From a virus, in IMG/VR virus record IMGVR_UViG_3300045988_141056, positions 1 to 47,291 of that record: a DNA stretch of 47,291 nucleotides. One strand, given 5' to 3'. The translations under genes and the position numbers were made by a program. Positions 1-8,879 of the stretch are shown here, one piece after another. The notes under the pieces are model-generated. The model was given only the letters and a program-made list of their open reading frames with translations. It did not search any database and had not been told where the DNA came from. How positions within the stretch are numbered: position 1 is the first letter of the stretch; every line of letters starts with the position of its first letter.

Positions 1-2071
1 CATTCATAATACTCGAAATGACACTGAGTACTCCGTTAAAGACTGACGACACTACGTTGAAAATAGCTGACAGAATCGGCATCACTACAGACATAATTGC
101 GCTCCAGACTGTCGAAATCACGCTGAAGACTGTCGTCATGACAGTACCGATAACTGAACCTACCATGGTAATCACCTCACCTAAGTGCGTGAAAATAAAG
201 GCGATAGCTGTGCCGAATGGGACAAACACATTATTCCAGATATTCATAATCGTACCGTAAAGCACCACGCCGATAATTTGGACAATCGTAGTAACTACAA
301 TCGTAATAGCCTGAACGATACCACTGAAGATTGTCCAAACAATAGTGCCAAAGCCTACAATCGCGGTAATAATTAAATCAATAATCTGAATCACTGGCAT
401 TAAAATGGTAATAACTGTGCTGATAACGCTGCTGATTATGCCAACAATCGTTCCAATGACGCTAGCAATGACAGCAGCAACTCGGCGAACTACGTTAATA
501 ATTGCACCAACCACGCCAGTAACTACACCAGCTACTACTGAGAAGGCAACACCAATAGGTTTAAGTGCGCCACTAATAGCACCACCCACTACAGTCATGA
601 CTGTTTGCCAATTCTTCACAAGCAAGATAATAGCTGCAATCGGAGCTACAATCGGGGCAAAAATAACACCAAAGACAATGGCAATTGTCTTTCCCCATTT
701 CTTGAAGAAATCAGCCACGCCGTTAAAGATACTCGTAGCAACTGCGCCAATCTTTCCAAATACATCAGCAAAGAAACTACCGACTGTAGAGAACACTGGC
801 TGTAGAGCCTCGAACGCCTTGCCAAAGATATTGAACTTCAGTTGAAGGTAGGTCAACACTCCAGTCAAAACTGCAATCGCTCCAACAATCAAACCGATTG
901 GGTTTGCATTCATAGCGATATTTAGTGCGAGCCAAGCAGCCCTAACAATTCCTAGACCCTGAGCCTGCAATGACATAACGAGAGCTAAACCTCGGCTAAC
1001 AGCTTGATAGGCTGATGTTACAGCTTTGGTAACAGTCAAAGCAACCTGATAGGCTTTCCAGGCAGCAACACCCGACAGAACAGCTACAGCTAACACTTCA
1101 ATGACGGTTCTATTCTGGCTGATAAAGTTCATCAAGCTGTTAAAGGCGTTGAGGACTGTCGGGACTGCCTTTGCCACCATATTCAAAGCGTTCTCCATCC
1201 TTTTGCCACTCTGGCTGATTGAGTTAGCGATATTGCCTTGACCAACTGCGTCAATAATGGACGCAAGACCACGAGACACAGCAGTCTTGGCATTTTCCAT
1301 ACTGGTACTAATACCGCCTGTAGCATTCTTGGCAATACTTGCTAGGCTAGCTAATCCGCCACCACCCTGCTTGTCCATCTTGATAAGCTCATTGACGAAA
1401 TCAGAGACCTTCAATTTTCCTTCACCAAACGCCGCCTTTAGCTGGCTAACGCTCATTCCCATGTCTTTAGACATTGCAACAAGCACTGGCGTCAAACCAC
1501 TGTTGCGAAGACTCATCCATGTCTGAGCGTCCAAAGGACCATCCATCGGCAACTGGCTAAGCTGAGCAATGGCGTTTTCCGCCATGGCAGCAGTACCGCC
1601 AAAGCCTAATACGGCATTATTCAAAGCGGTAAACATCTTTTGACCAAGCTCCACATCACCATACGTAGCAGCTAAAGCCGTCATACCGCGCATAGCCTGG
1701 TCTAATGGCGTCGGTAATCCTAAAATAGAGTTCTTCAACGCCTCAGTGGCTCTGCTAGCAGCCTGAGACGAAAAGCCCATATACTGGAACGTCCTAGCTG
1801 AAGCATGCAACGTGTCAACACGTCTAACAGCACCATCCACCGAATCTTTAATGGTGTTGATAGACCTACTGACAACATTTGACGCAATACCAGAAATCAC
1901 GCCCATCGCAACAGCGAACCTTTTTGAGAAAGTCTCGCTACCACCTGCTGCATCGGACGTGCTTCTGTGGAAGTTGTTGATATTTCGCTGAGCTGCTGCA
2001 ATACCAGTAGTCCAGCCTGTATCTCGTAGTTCCAGATTTGCGTATACTGAGCCTAAAAATACGTTTGCCAT
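1..2071 (-). CDS. tail tape measure protein, N-terminal part (gene wraps across the window ends)
   Basis: ATG at complement 2069..2071 follows a GGAG ribosome-binding site. The frame stays open to position 1. The product is long, repetitive and Gly/Ala/Ile/Val-rich, and the gene sits between the chaperone and Dit genes. The frame is continuous with 46500..47236 once the duplicated 55 nt are removed, giving about 935 aa in total. Confidence 0.8.
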   Translation of the reverse strand, partial: MANVFLGSVYANLELRDTGWTTGIAAAQRNINNFHRSTSDAAGGSETFSKRFAVAMGVISGIASNVVSRSINTIKDSVDGAVRRVDTLHASARTFQYMGFSSQAASRATEALKNSILGLPTPLDQAMRGMTALAATYGDVELGQKMFTALNNAVLGFGGTAAMAENAIAQLSQLPMDGPLDAQTWMSLRNSGLTPVLVAMSKDMGMSVSQLKAAFGEGKLKVSDFVNELIKMDKQGGGGLASLASIAKNATGGISTSMENAKTAVSRGLASIIDAVGQGNIANSISQSGKRMENALNMVAKAVPTVLNAFNSLMNFISQNRTVIEVLAVAVLSGVAAWKAYQVALTVTKAVTSAYQAVSRGLALVMSLQAQGLGIVRAAWLALNIAMNANPIGLIVGAIAVLTGVLTYLQLKFNIFGKAFEALQPVFSTVGSFFADVFGKIGAVATSIFNGVADFFKKWGKTIAIVFGVIFAPIVAPIAAIILLVKNWQTVMTVVGGAISGALKPIGVAFSVVAGVVTGVVGAIINVVRRVAAVIASVIGTIVGIISSVISTVITILMPVIQIIDLIITAIVGFGTIVWTIFSGIVQAITIVVTTIVQIIGVVLYGTIMNIWNNVFVPFGTAIAFIFTHLGEVITMVGSVIGTVMTTVFSVISTVWSAIMSVVMPILSAIFNVVSSVFNGVLSVISSIMN

Positions 2072-2075
2072 TTAT

Positions 2076-2417
2076 TTACTCCTGAATCGTGCCTGTTCCG
2101 CCGAGAGCTGATAAAACATCTCTCAGCAACGGTACTTCATCGTCATGCTCACCCTTTACAAGTGGCTTTGGCTTAGGCATATTTGATACCTGCGCACCGT
2201 TTGATTTCATGATATTTCGCATACCCTCTAGGAGAGCATGCAACAGAGCATTCGTAGCTTCAGCATCTCGTAGTTTTCCTTTATGAGCGATAGCTAGGTC
2301 AAACTCGAAAGCTTGATATTCATCTAACCCTTCGTAAAAGTCACTTGGGCGAACGCCTGGATATCTTTTACAAAGCTCATCGAGTAATTCAGCCTTGCTG
2401 CTGAGGACGAAAGGATT
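2076..2417 (-). CDS. putative tail assembly chaperone frameshift extension (gpT-like), read in the +1 frame relative to 2389..2826
   Basis: I translated this region in three frames. The +1 frame (codon low coordinates congruent to 0 mod 3) has no stop from 2417 to the TAA at 2076..2078, about 105 codons. The -1 frame, which is also the tape-measure frame, contains at least 7 stops. The segment has no start codon of its own. Confidence 0.4.
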   Translation of the reverse strand, partial: NPFVLSSKAELLDELCKRYPGVRPSDFYEGLDEYQAFEFDLAIAHKGKLRDAEATNALLHALLEGMRNIMKSNGAQVSNMPKPKPLVKGEHDDEVPLLRDVLSALGGTGTIQE

Positions 2418-2826
2418 TCAGGTTAGCTACTCCAGTCTGGACATACTCCATAATGAAAGCTTTATCTGTGTCCTCAATATCGTTCAAAGAGATATAACCA
2501 GCTTCATACTGTTCTTCGGTAAGTTCCTTATCGCCCTTCAGGACTTTAGGCTCTACAACAGAGTGGACAGTAATCAAGTCGGTTACTTGATAGTACTTCT
2601 CTAGGTCTCCACCCTTCAAGCCTGCACCGCCAGACGCTTTCTGCAAACTAACAGCTAGGTCTGATGGGATGTGTCCATCACGAATCAGCTTATCAACGCT
2701 TGGTCGTTTCAGGGAAACTACAAGCCCGCTTGGCAATTCGACTGCGACAGCTTCATCTCGCTTTTTACGGCGAAGGAAGAAATCCTTTGCACTTGATACT
2801 ACTTGTGGTTTTGGTTGCTCTGACAT
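2389..2826 (-). CDS. tail assembly chaperone (gpG-like)
   Basis: 145-aa acidic protein directly upstream of the tape-measure gene with an AAAGGAGG RBS. Position and size match the G/GT chaperone pair. Confidence 0.7.
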   Translation of the reverse strand: MSEQPKPQVVSSAKDFFLRRKKRDEAVAVELPSGLVVSLKRPSVDKLIRDGHIPSDLAVSLQKASGGAGLKGGDLEKYYQVTDLITVHSVVEPKVLKGDKELTEEQYEAGYISLNDIEDTDKAFIMEYVQTGVANLKSFRPQQQG

Positions 2827-2865
2827 AATGCCTCCTTTAATCTATCTTACCTTTTCTATCAGGAT

Positions 2866-3411
2866 TTATTCCTGACCTTTTTCTACCTTCAAAGTTGCAA
2901 CTCGGACAGAAGCTAATGCTTGACCCGCAATGTCTTTGGACGCTTGAACTGCTGAACCTGAAATCTCAACAGCAAGCTCATTTCCGTTACCAGCGGTAAT
3001 CTTAGTTTTGTTGAGCTGCACTTTGTGCCAGGTCTTGGTGACCTTGACGGCAGTACCGCCTTCAGTACGGGCGTTGATAACACCTGCCACCTCGACGTAC
3101 GGCGCGTTCAGCTCAGAAACTGTGCCGAGAGGAATCTCAACTCCGTCTGTGCCATTCTTGGTAATCTCGTTACCTGTAATAGCTTTCAGAACGTCCATGC
3201 TGATACCATTTGCGGAAATCGTAATATCTTCAGTACGGTTAGAGCTGAAGGTAGCTTTGATAACATCATCACCCTTGATGGTCGTATCTTCCTGCTGCGG
3301 GTCACCCTCAATATTGATAATCGCGTCAATATCAAAGACTTTTCCATCAGCGGTCTTGACCTGACCATGGCGCATACCAGCACCGTAAACGTGATTGAAA
3401 TCTTCTTGCAT
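2866..3411 (-). CDS. major tail protein
   Basis: 181-aa Thr/Gly/Val-rich protein between the connector genes and the chaperone. This is the typical major tail protein position and composition. Confidence 0.65.
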   Translation of the reverse strand: MQEDFNHVYGAGMRHGQVKTADGKVFDIDAIINIEGDPQQEDTTIKGDDVIKATFSSNRTEDITISANGISMDVLKAITGNEITKNGTDGVEIPLGTVSELNAPYVEVAGVINARTEGGTAVKVTKTWHKVQLNKTKITAGNGNELAVEISGSAVQASKDIAGQALASVRVATLKVEKGQE

Positions 3412-3464
3412 TTACAGCTACTCCTCGGTTAAAGTTAATTTTTGGTAACGGTCTGTGTCCTACT

Positions 3465-3917
3465 TCAGACACGTTGGACGCTGAATCTAGCTTCTCTGTA
3501 TGGAATATTCCATGCCTGGTCAACCGACTCAGCCGACGTTCCTTGCCACTTAAAGTCAATCAACGTGCTTTCCTTGAAAGTGACTCGGCGGTTATGCAGT
3601 AACTGCCTAACCCTGTCTAAAGCCGACGTGATATCCACGTAGGTCTTCTGACTACCATTATAGCACCTAATGTACAATAATGTCTCTACTAAATGTGTGC
3701 CAATCAAGTTATCGTCGCCCATCTGAATCGTGATTACTGGCATCTTCATTTTGTCGTACTGGAACTTGTCGAGCGGAACGATACTCCACTTTCGGTGTGG
3801 CTTGTCGTTGTCACTTTCAGGCTCTGACCATTGTACGTTCTTGTCGCTGAGCATATTGAGCAGCTTTTGGTCTGATTGCAGAATCTCTGCTACTGTTTGG
3901 CGTAGTTCATTGTTCAT
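3465..3917 (-). CDS. tail completion / tail terminator-like protein
   Basis: 150-aa ORF between the gp10-like gene and the major tail protein gene. Assigned by synteny only. Confidence 0.4.
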   Translation of the reverse strand: MNNELRQTVAEILQSDQKLLNMLSDKNVQWSEPESDNDKPHRKWSIVPLDKFQYDKMKMPVITIQMGDDNLIGTHLVETLLYIRCYNGSQKTYVDITSALDRVRQLLHNRRVTFKESTLIDFKWQGTSAESVDQAWNIPYREARFSVQRV

Positions 3918-4255
3918 GATAGCAAACTCCCTAATAGTACTTGCATTTGAGACTTCCCGTAACCAAATACTGTCGGGTCAATAATACGATACTTACCGCC
4001 GTGGTCTAACTCCAGATACACACCATAATGCACACCGATACCGACACTGACTGCGATATTAGCACCGTTTGCTGTAGTCTCGCTGTGAATGGAGCGTCGA
4101 GCGTTTCCTGTGCGGTCTGTCCAAGGTGCACCTCGTTTAGCCTGGGTGACAGTTGCAGCACCTACGTAGCCCATAATAACACCAGCCCTATGCTTGACCT
4201 TCTGGTCGAGGGCTTGCAGGTTTTTTGATACTTCGTCTGTTCCTCTAATCTTCAT
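3914..4255 (-). CDS. HK97 gp10-like head-tail joining protein
   Basis: 113 aa with an N-terminus (MKIRGTDEVSKNLQALDQKV) typical of the HK97 gp10 family. Synteny agrees. Confidence 0.5.
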   Translation of the reverse strand: MKIRGTDEVSKNLQALDQKVKHRAGVIMGYVGAATVTQAKRGAPWTDRTGNARRSIHSETTANGANIAVSVGIGVHYGVYLELDHGGKYRIIDPTVFGYGKSQMQVLLGSLLS

Positions 4256-4263
4256 AATTCCAC

Positions 4264-4620
4264 CTAACTATACTTCAATCCTAGCTCCACGGTATCGCCA
4301 AAGAACGTTACACGATTGACCACCAGCCAATACGAGCGTCCTTGTCGTGTCTTAATGCGGAATCTATCACCCTTTCGGATATCTGTTTCTTCAGCCTTGC
4401 CTACAATATCAAGCTGCTCTGTGCTGCTACCGTTCCATAGGTCTAGGCGTACAGGAATGGTTCTCAAAAATGTTTCAGCCCCGACTTCAGCTGCAAAGCC
4501 AGGGTTCTCTTGGGCTGAACGCACTCCATACTGGCGTGCCGTAATTTCCGTCCACTTCTTGATTTCTTTGTTTACTACTGCGTTTTGGTGGTCTCTCGCA
4601 ATCCAATCCTTGATAACCAT
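4264..4620 (-). CDS. head-tail adaptor / head closure protein
   Basis: 118-aa ORF in the connector gene block. Assigned by synteny. Confidence 0.4.
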   Translation of the reverse strand: MVIKDWIARDHQNAVVNKEIKKWTEITARQYGVRSAQENPGFAAEVGAETFLRTIPVRLDLWNGSSTEQLDIVGKAEETDIRKGDRFRIKTRQGRSYWLVVNRVTFFGDTVELGLKYS

Positions 4621-4629
4621 AACGTCTTC

Positions 4630-5196
4630 CTAAACATTATTACTGCTCCAGATGTCTGAGCGGGTTAAATCTGGACGCTCCGCATGAATCGGTCGGATAT
4701 CTGGCTGGCGACGACCAAACACCAACCCATAGCTTGTAGTACCGTTTGCAGCTTCTTTTGCACTGGCAAGCAAGTCCTTCAAATGGTCGAACACCTGGGA
4801 ACGTTTGTCTGAGGTCTGCCCTTGCTGATAATCATAGAGCCTGGCACTGTCGGCTAACAACTCTTGCAGACACTCAACGGCAGCACCGTTCACGCCGTAC
4901 GTATCAATCATACCCTTTAGCTGTTCATCAGAATATCCAGCATAGCTGTATTCTACATCAACTACTGCGTCCATCTCTGGAGCTGCAAGAAACAGAATCT
5001 GTCCGCTGGAGGCAACAACCTTATAATCGCCATCTGGGCGTTTAGAGCCATTGATACTAACTACTACGTTAAAGACATTGTGGTATGACAAGCCATATTC
5101 AGTGGTGTTCCCGTCGCCCTCGAAGCGGTCAACAAACTTTTTTGAGCTGTCGCCGATACGACGACGTAGTTTTTCGAGCTGTTCCACTGTTGCCAT
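4630..5196 (-). CDS. hypothetical structural protein, possibly a head-tail connector
   Basis: 188-aa ORF immediately after the capsid gene and its terminator. Confidence 0.35.
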   Translation of the reverse strand: MATVEQLEKLRRRIGDSSKKFVDRFEGDGNTTEYGLSYHNVFNVVVSINGSKRPDGDYKVVASSGQILFLAAPEMDAVVDVEYSYAGYSDEQLKGMIDTYGVNGAAVECLQELLADSARLYDYQQGQTSDKRSQVFDHLKDLLASAKEAANGTTSYGLVFGRRQPDIRPIHAERPDLTRSDIWSSNNV

Positions 5197-5375
5197 ATTA
5201 TTATCTCCTTTTCAATATCCCTATTATATCACAAATCGGATGCTCTAGTTAGCATCCGACTATTACGGTAATCACTAAAATGGAGTGGTGGAACTAGCCA
5301 TTGTTTATGCCTAAAAAACTTCAACGCGTGGGAGCGATAACTTATGGCAGGCACTAGCTTTCCCATCTCCATAAT

Positions 5376-5406
5376 AACAAAAAGAGCTGGTTTTATCCAG
5401 CCCTTT
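5376..5406 (-). terminator. candidate intrinsic terminator or attenuator downstream of the major capsid gene
   Basis: On the minus strand: AAGGGCUGG-AUAAAA-CCAGCUCUU followed by a UUUGUUAUU tract, 20 nt after the capsid stop codon. A second hairpin (cggatgct/agcatccg) lies at 5236..5257. Confidence 0.4.
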
Positions 5407-5425
5407 CTGCCCTCTATCCCAACTG

Positions 5426-6484
5426 CTAGGCAGCTGAGATTTTGATTGCACCGTTCTCACCACCAAGTGCAGCCAATGCACCACGGCGAGTACGACCTAC
5501 AACCTGGGAGAGAATCAAACGGCTCAAGTCACCATCACCAGAATCGGTACGCAAGTCGTGCTTGATTTTCTCCTTAAAGTTGAGTTTCGGCACGAGCAGG
5601 TAAACAGTACCTTGTGGCACACCCTGGTAGTCGTAGTGGTCTTCACCTACATCGATTGACGCGCCGTCATATGGTACGAACTTGATGTTAGCGAAGTGCT
5701 GCTGCAGCTGACCTGGCTTGTTGTTTACGTACAAGTCTGACGCAAACACGTTCTGGATAGCCAAGGTGTCAAAGCTGTTGTGCAGAACGACAGAACCCTT
5801 TGGCAAGATTTGCATAGCAGCACGCCATACAGCCTTGTCTGTGATATCACCCTTAATCTTCTGAGCAACACCTGGTTTCTTTACGCCCTGACCCTTCTGA
5901 GCCTTAGCTGCTGCCAAGATATCTGCCTGCGAGCTTGTGCCAGTTGTAGTGCCTGAGTACACACCGTTGACAATCAAGCCAAGGTGCAAGTGGTTCAGCA
6001 AGTGGTTGTATGATTTACCAAAGCTTTCACCGATTGAGGCAACACGCCATGTCTGGTTGTACTCTGCGATATCTTCATCGTATTCGATACCAGAAGCCCA
6101 AGTACGCATGGTGATAGTCTTCTCTTCGCCAGCACCGAATGAACCGAACTTGATTTCACCGCCTTCGAACTTCTCCAAGAATACGGTTTGGACGTTTCCA
6201 ACAGTCTTCTCTTTCATAACTTCTGGGAAGTTTGCGTCGGTCTGAGTGTCGAAAATATCCTTATAGAGCAGTGGAACTTCCTGACGACCTGCTGCCAAGT
6301 CGAACACGATTTTCTCCAAAAACTCTTTCGCACCGTCGCTAGTACCAATCATTTCTCGAATGGTCGAGCGACCGCTGCGGATGTCATCTGAAAAGTCAAA
6401 GGCTTCAACACGACCCTTTTCACGCATTTCCTGGATGACTTTTTTCTCTGCTTCGAGAGCAGCTTCAGCAAAATTGAACTTCAT
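5426..6484 (-). CDS. major capsid protein
   Basis: 352-aa ORF following the protease-scaffold and decoration genes, with a strong RBS. The N-terminus carries a VIQE|M motif matching the scaffold repeats. Confidence 0.75.
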   Translation of the reverse strand: MKFNFAEAALEAEKKVIQEMREKGRVEAFDFSDDIRSGRSTIREMIGTSDGAKEFLEKIVFDLAAGRQEVPLLYKDIFDTQTDANFPEVMKEKTVGNVQTVFLEKFEGGEIKFGSFGAGEEKTITMRTWASGIEYDEDIAEYNQTWRVASIGESFGKSYNHLLNHLHLGLIVNGVYSGTTTGTSSQADILAAAKAQKGQGVKKPGVAQKIKGDITDKAVWRAAMQILPKGSVVLHNSFDTLAIQNVFASDLYVNNKPGQLQQHFANIKFVPYDGASIDVGEDHYDYQGVPQGTVYLLVPKLNFKEKIKHDLRTDSGDGDLSRLILSQVVGRTRRGALAALGGENGAIKISAA

Positions 6485-6500
6485 TTTGTTATCTCCTCTC

Positions 6501-6830
6501 TTATTTCACCTGTGGCAATAATTTTGCCCACACAATGTTGTTACTATCTTTTGCCCGCGTGACTTTACAAAACGGAACGTCTGTACCAGCAGTTGCGGTA
6601 AGCTTACCATCTGCTTTGATGTAAAGCACTGCACCCTTAGCTGCGACTTCTGCTCCAATATTGAACGCGAACTCACGCTGCGTAGTTTCGATAGCTACAG
6701 TTTCGTTGGCTTTAGCGTTACGCATAGCAACACCACACCAACCTTCAGCTAACACTGGGTCACCTTTATGAACATCTCGGGTAACCACAACGTCAACTGC
6801 TTTGCCATCTGAACGTAGATTTTCTGCCAT
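6501..6830 (-). CDS. small head protein (decoration / DUF2190-like)
   Basis: 109-aa ORF between the protease-scaffold and the major capsid gene. Confidence 0.4.
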   Translation of the reverse strand: MAENLRSDGKAVDVVVTRDVHKGDPVLAEGWCGVAMRNAKANETVAIETTQREFAFNIGAEVAAKGAVLYIKADGKLTATAGTDVPFCKVTRAKDSNNIVWAKLLPQVK

Positions 6831-6857
6831 TTTATTAGCTCCTACTTATAGTTTCTA

Positions 6858-7934
6858 TTAGCCCCGTTTCGTGATGAATCGGTGTTTGTCTGCCTTAGCA
6901 GCAGGCTGTGCAATCTTCGGCTGAACGACTGGCTCTACGGCTGTCATTTCAGCGACGACATGCTTGCCCTCTTCACTCGCTAGAACACGGTCTACCGCCT
7001 GGGTAACGGTGAGTGCGTTGTCTTCACGCATTTCACTAACTACCATACGGCGTACCATCTTGCGAGCTACTGAATCGCTAACTTTCGAGGATAGCTCCTT
7101 GTCAAGTTTCAATTCAGCGTTCTCTTTCCGCATTTCTGCGATTGTTTCGAGAGGCTTATCTCCTAGCTGGGCAGTGATATCTGCCATTTCGCTGACGACT
7201 TCACGGGACTCTGCTTTAGCAGCATTGACCGCCTCGCTGGTCATCTCGGAGATTACTTCGGGACTAACGTATTGTTTCAAGTCCTCGAGCGTAGCAGCCT
7301 TCAAGACTTCGGCTTTTTCCATACTCTCTCCTTTACTGTTACTCTCATCGTGCATCTCAGCCGTTACGGCGAAGCTACCTGACGTGCGTACGCCTTCCGC
7401 ACCCCATCGTGCCCAGTCGATACTTTCAAGTTCAATAGCTGCCTGACGGTAAGCCTTAATCGCTGAATCATAGACTTGCCTTGCTGTACCGTAAATGCTT
7501 ACGGAGATACGTTTGCCAGCAGCTTTTGCCCTTTTGATATAGGAACGGCGTTTCGTAGCGTCGGGTAGGACATAGCCTTTAGCAAACAGGCGAAGCTTGC
7601 CATCGACTTCCTTAACTACTGCACCGAGCCAAATCGTTTCGACATCTGGCACTTTACTACTTCGTTCTGACTGTTGGAGGTGTCCAGCATAGCCGTCTGG
7701 GCGGTTAGCGTTAATCTGAGAACAGACTTCAGCTAATGCGTCCGCGTCATAGTAACGACCGTTTGCAGAAACGCCTTCATTCAGCACTTCGAGAGTAACG
7801 AACATTGGGTCGGGGTCACCTTCGGTCACTTTCGCAACCATGTCTTGGTTCAGGGGAATCAAACTGTCAAGTGACGAAGAATCCATCTCAGCAATCGTGC
7901 TGCGACTTTGTTCTGCGAATACCTTTCTGTTCAT
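6858..7934 (-). CDS. prohead protease (HK97/S78-like N-domain) fused to a scaffold-like C-domain
   Basis: The N-terminal half has an S78-like pattern (PDGYAGHLQQ ... RISVSIYG). The C-terminal half is coiled-coil-like and carries seven x[AS]EM repeats. Confidence 0.6.
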   Translation of the reverse strand: MNRKVFAEQSRSTIAEMDSSSLDSLIPLNQDMVAKVTEGDPDPMFVTLEVLNEGVSANGRYYDADALAEVCSQINANRPDGYAGHLQQSERSSKVPDVETIWLGAVVKEVDGKLRLFAKGYVLPDATKRRSYIKRAKAAGKRISVSIYGTARQVYDSAIKAYRQAAIELESIDWARWGAEGVRTSGSFAVTAEMHDESNSKGESMEKAEVLKAATLEDLKQYVSPEVISEMTSEAVNAAKAESREVVSEMADITAQLGDKPLETIAEMRKENAELKLDKELSSKVSDSVARKMVRRMVVSEMREDNALTVTQAVDRVLASEEGKHVVAEMTAVEPVVQPKIAQPAAKADKHRFITKRG

Positions 7935-8073
7935 TTCTCCTTATACCCCTTTCTAAATAAAACAAGACGTGATTTCATGTACGACTTCCACCTCACACAT
8001 AAATCTCTCGTCTCAGTTTTGATAACTTTTCTGCAGCGTATATCGCTTTAATCCTAATATACAGCATTAGCAT

Positions 8074-8529
8074 TTATCTTGCAACTGTTTTCGGGAAGGG
8101 AATTACTACTGCGTTATGACGGCTGAATAGCTCCTGGATGTATGGACGCTGCAAGTCGATAGCCTCTATGGCAAGCATGGCAAGGTTGCGTTCTAGCTCA
8201 TGAGCACGTGGATGGTCAACGGACTTCTCTATGGCGGACATGAGATTATCCATTGACTCTAGCGTGTCTCGCCCTGGTCTGAACATTTGAGCCGTCCTCT
8301 CTAACGAATGAACCGCCAGTAACGGTACTGACGGGCATTCTGAATGAATCAGGTTGTGGAGAGTGCGAGGCATTTCTGGAATCAGTGTTCCTTCTCGGCG
8401 AATCATAGCACCTGCTGGACGCAAGTTCCATTCAGCACGATTGTGAACGATATGGTGGCGGTCTCTCCTATTCTTTTCCACTTTCTTTCTCGCCTTTTTC
8501 TTTCTTGCCTTCGGTGTCGTCACCTTCAC
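8074..8529 (-). CDS. putative HNH-family nuclease; start uncertain (GTG)
   Basis: The N-terminal region reads RDRHHIVHNRAEWNL ... LHNLIH, which is HNH-like. The ORF overlaps the upstream ORF by 62 nt. Confidence 0.3.
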   Translation of the reverse strand: MKVTTPKARKKKARKKVEKNRRDRHHIVHNRAEWNLRPAGAMIRREGTLIPEMPRTLHNLIHSECPSVPLLAVHSLERTAQMFRPGRDTLESMDNLMSAIEKSVDHPRAHELERNLAMLAIEAIDLQRPYIQELFSRHNAVVIPFPKTVAR

Positions 8530-8857
8530 CGTTGTTTTCGCCTTCTTTGTCTTTGCCTTTCATAGCGTCTTCTTCAGTCTCGGTATTGTCTTCAGCGTCT
8601 TTCAAGGCTTGTGCCTGAGCCTCCTTTTCTTCATCGCTCAGCTCTGGTGTATCACGGAACTTGAGGTCATCCTCAATCAGCTTGCCGTCTTCAACAGTGA
8701 GTACCATTTTCTCTTTGCCCGTTGACGACGTACCGATTAGCGTAAAATCAGTTCCCGAAATAATGAACCGCTGCTTCTGACGTACAATCTCGATAGTGTT
8801 CTTGCCCAGCAAGTGTGCAAACACGTGGTCACTATCGTTATCTTTGATTCTCTTCAT
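8468..8857 (-). CDS. hypothetical protein with an acidic/Lys-rich tail
   Basis: 129-aa ORF with an RBS, in the head gene block. Confidence 0.4.
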   Translation of the reverse strand: MKRIKDNDSDHVFAHLLGKNTIEIVRQKQRFIISGTDFTLIGTSSTGKEKMVLTVEDGKLIEDDLKFRDTPELSDEEKEAQAQALKDAEDNTETEEDAMKGKDKEGENNGEGDDTEGKKEKGEKESGKE

Positions 8858-8879
8858 TTCGTCCTCCCTTGTTTCCTAT

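Noticed and set aside
405-845. 146-aa plus-strand ORF, and other plus ORFs within 1..2071
   Set aside because: Antisense to the tape-measure gene. The Thr/Pro/Ile-rich composition is typical of a reverse-frame artefact.
2389-2417. Canonical -1 slippery heptamer for the G/GT frameshift
   Set aside because: No XXXYYYZ heptamer is present, and the -1 frame is closed by stops. Only the +1 frame is open, as reported above.
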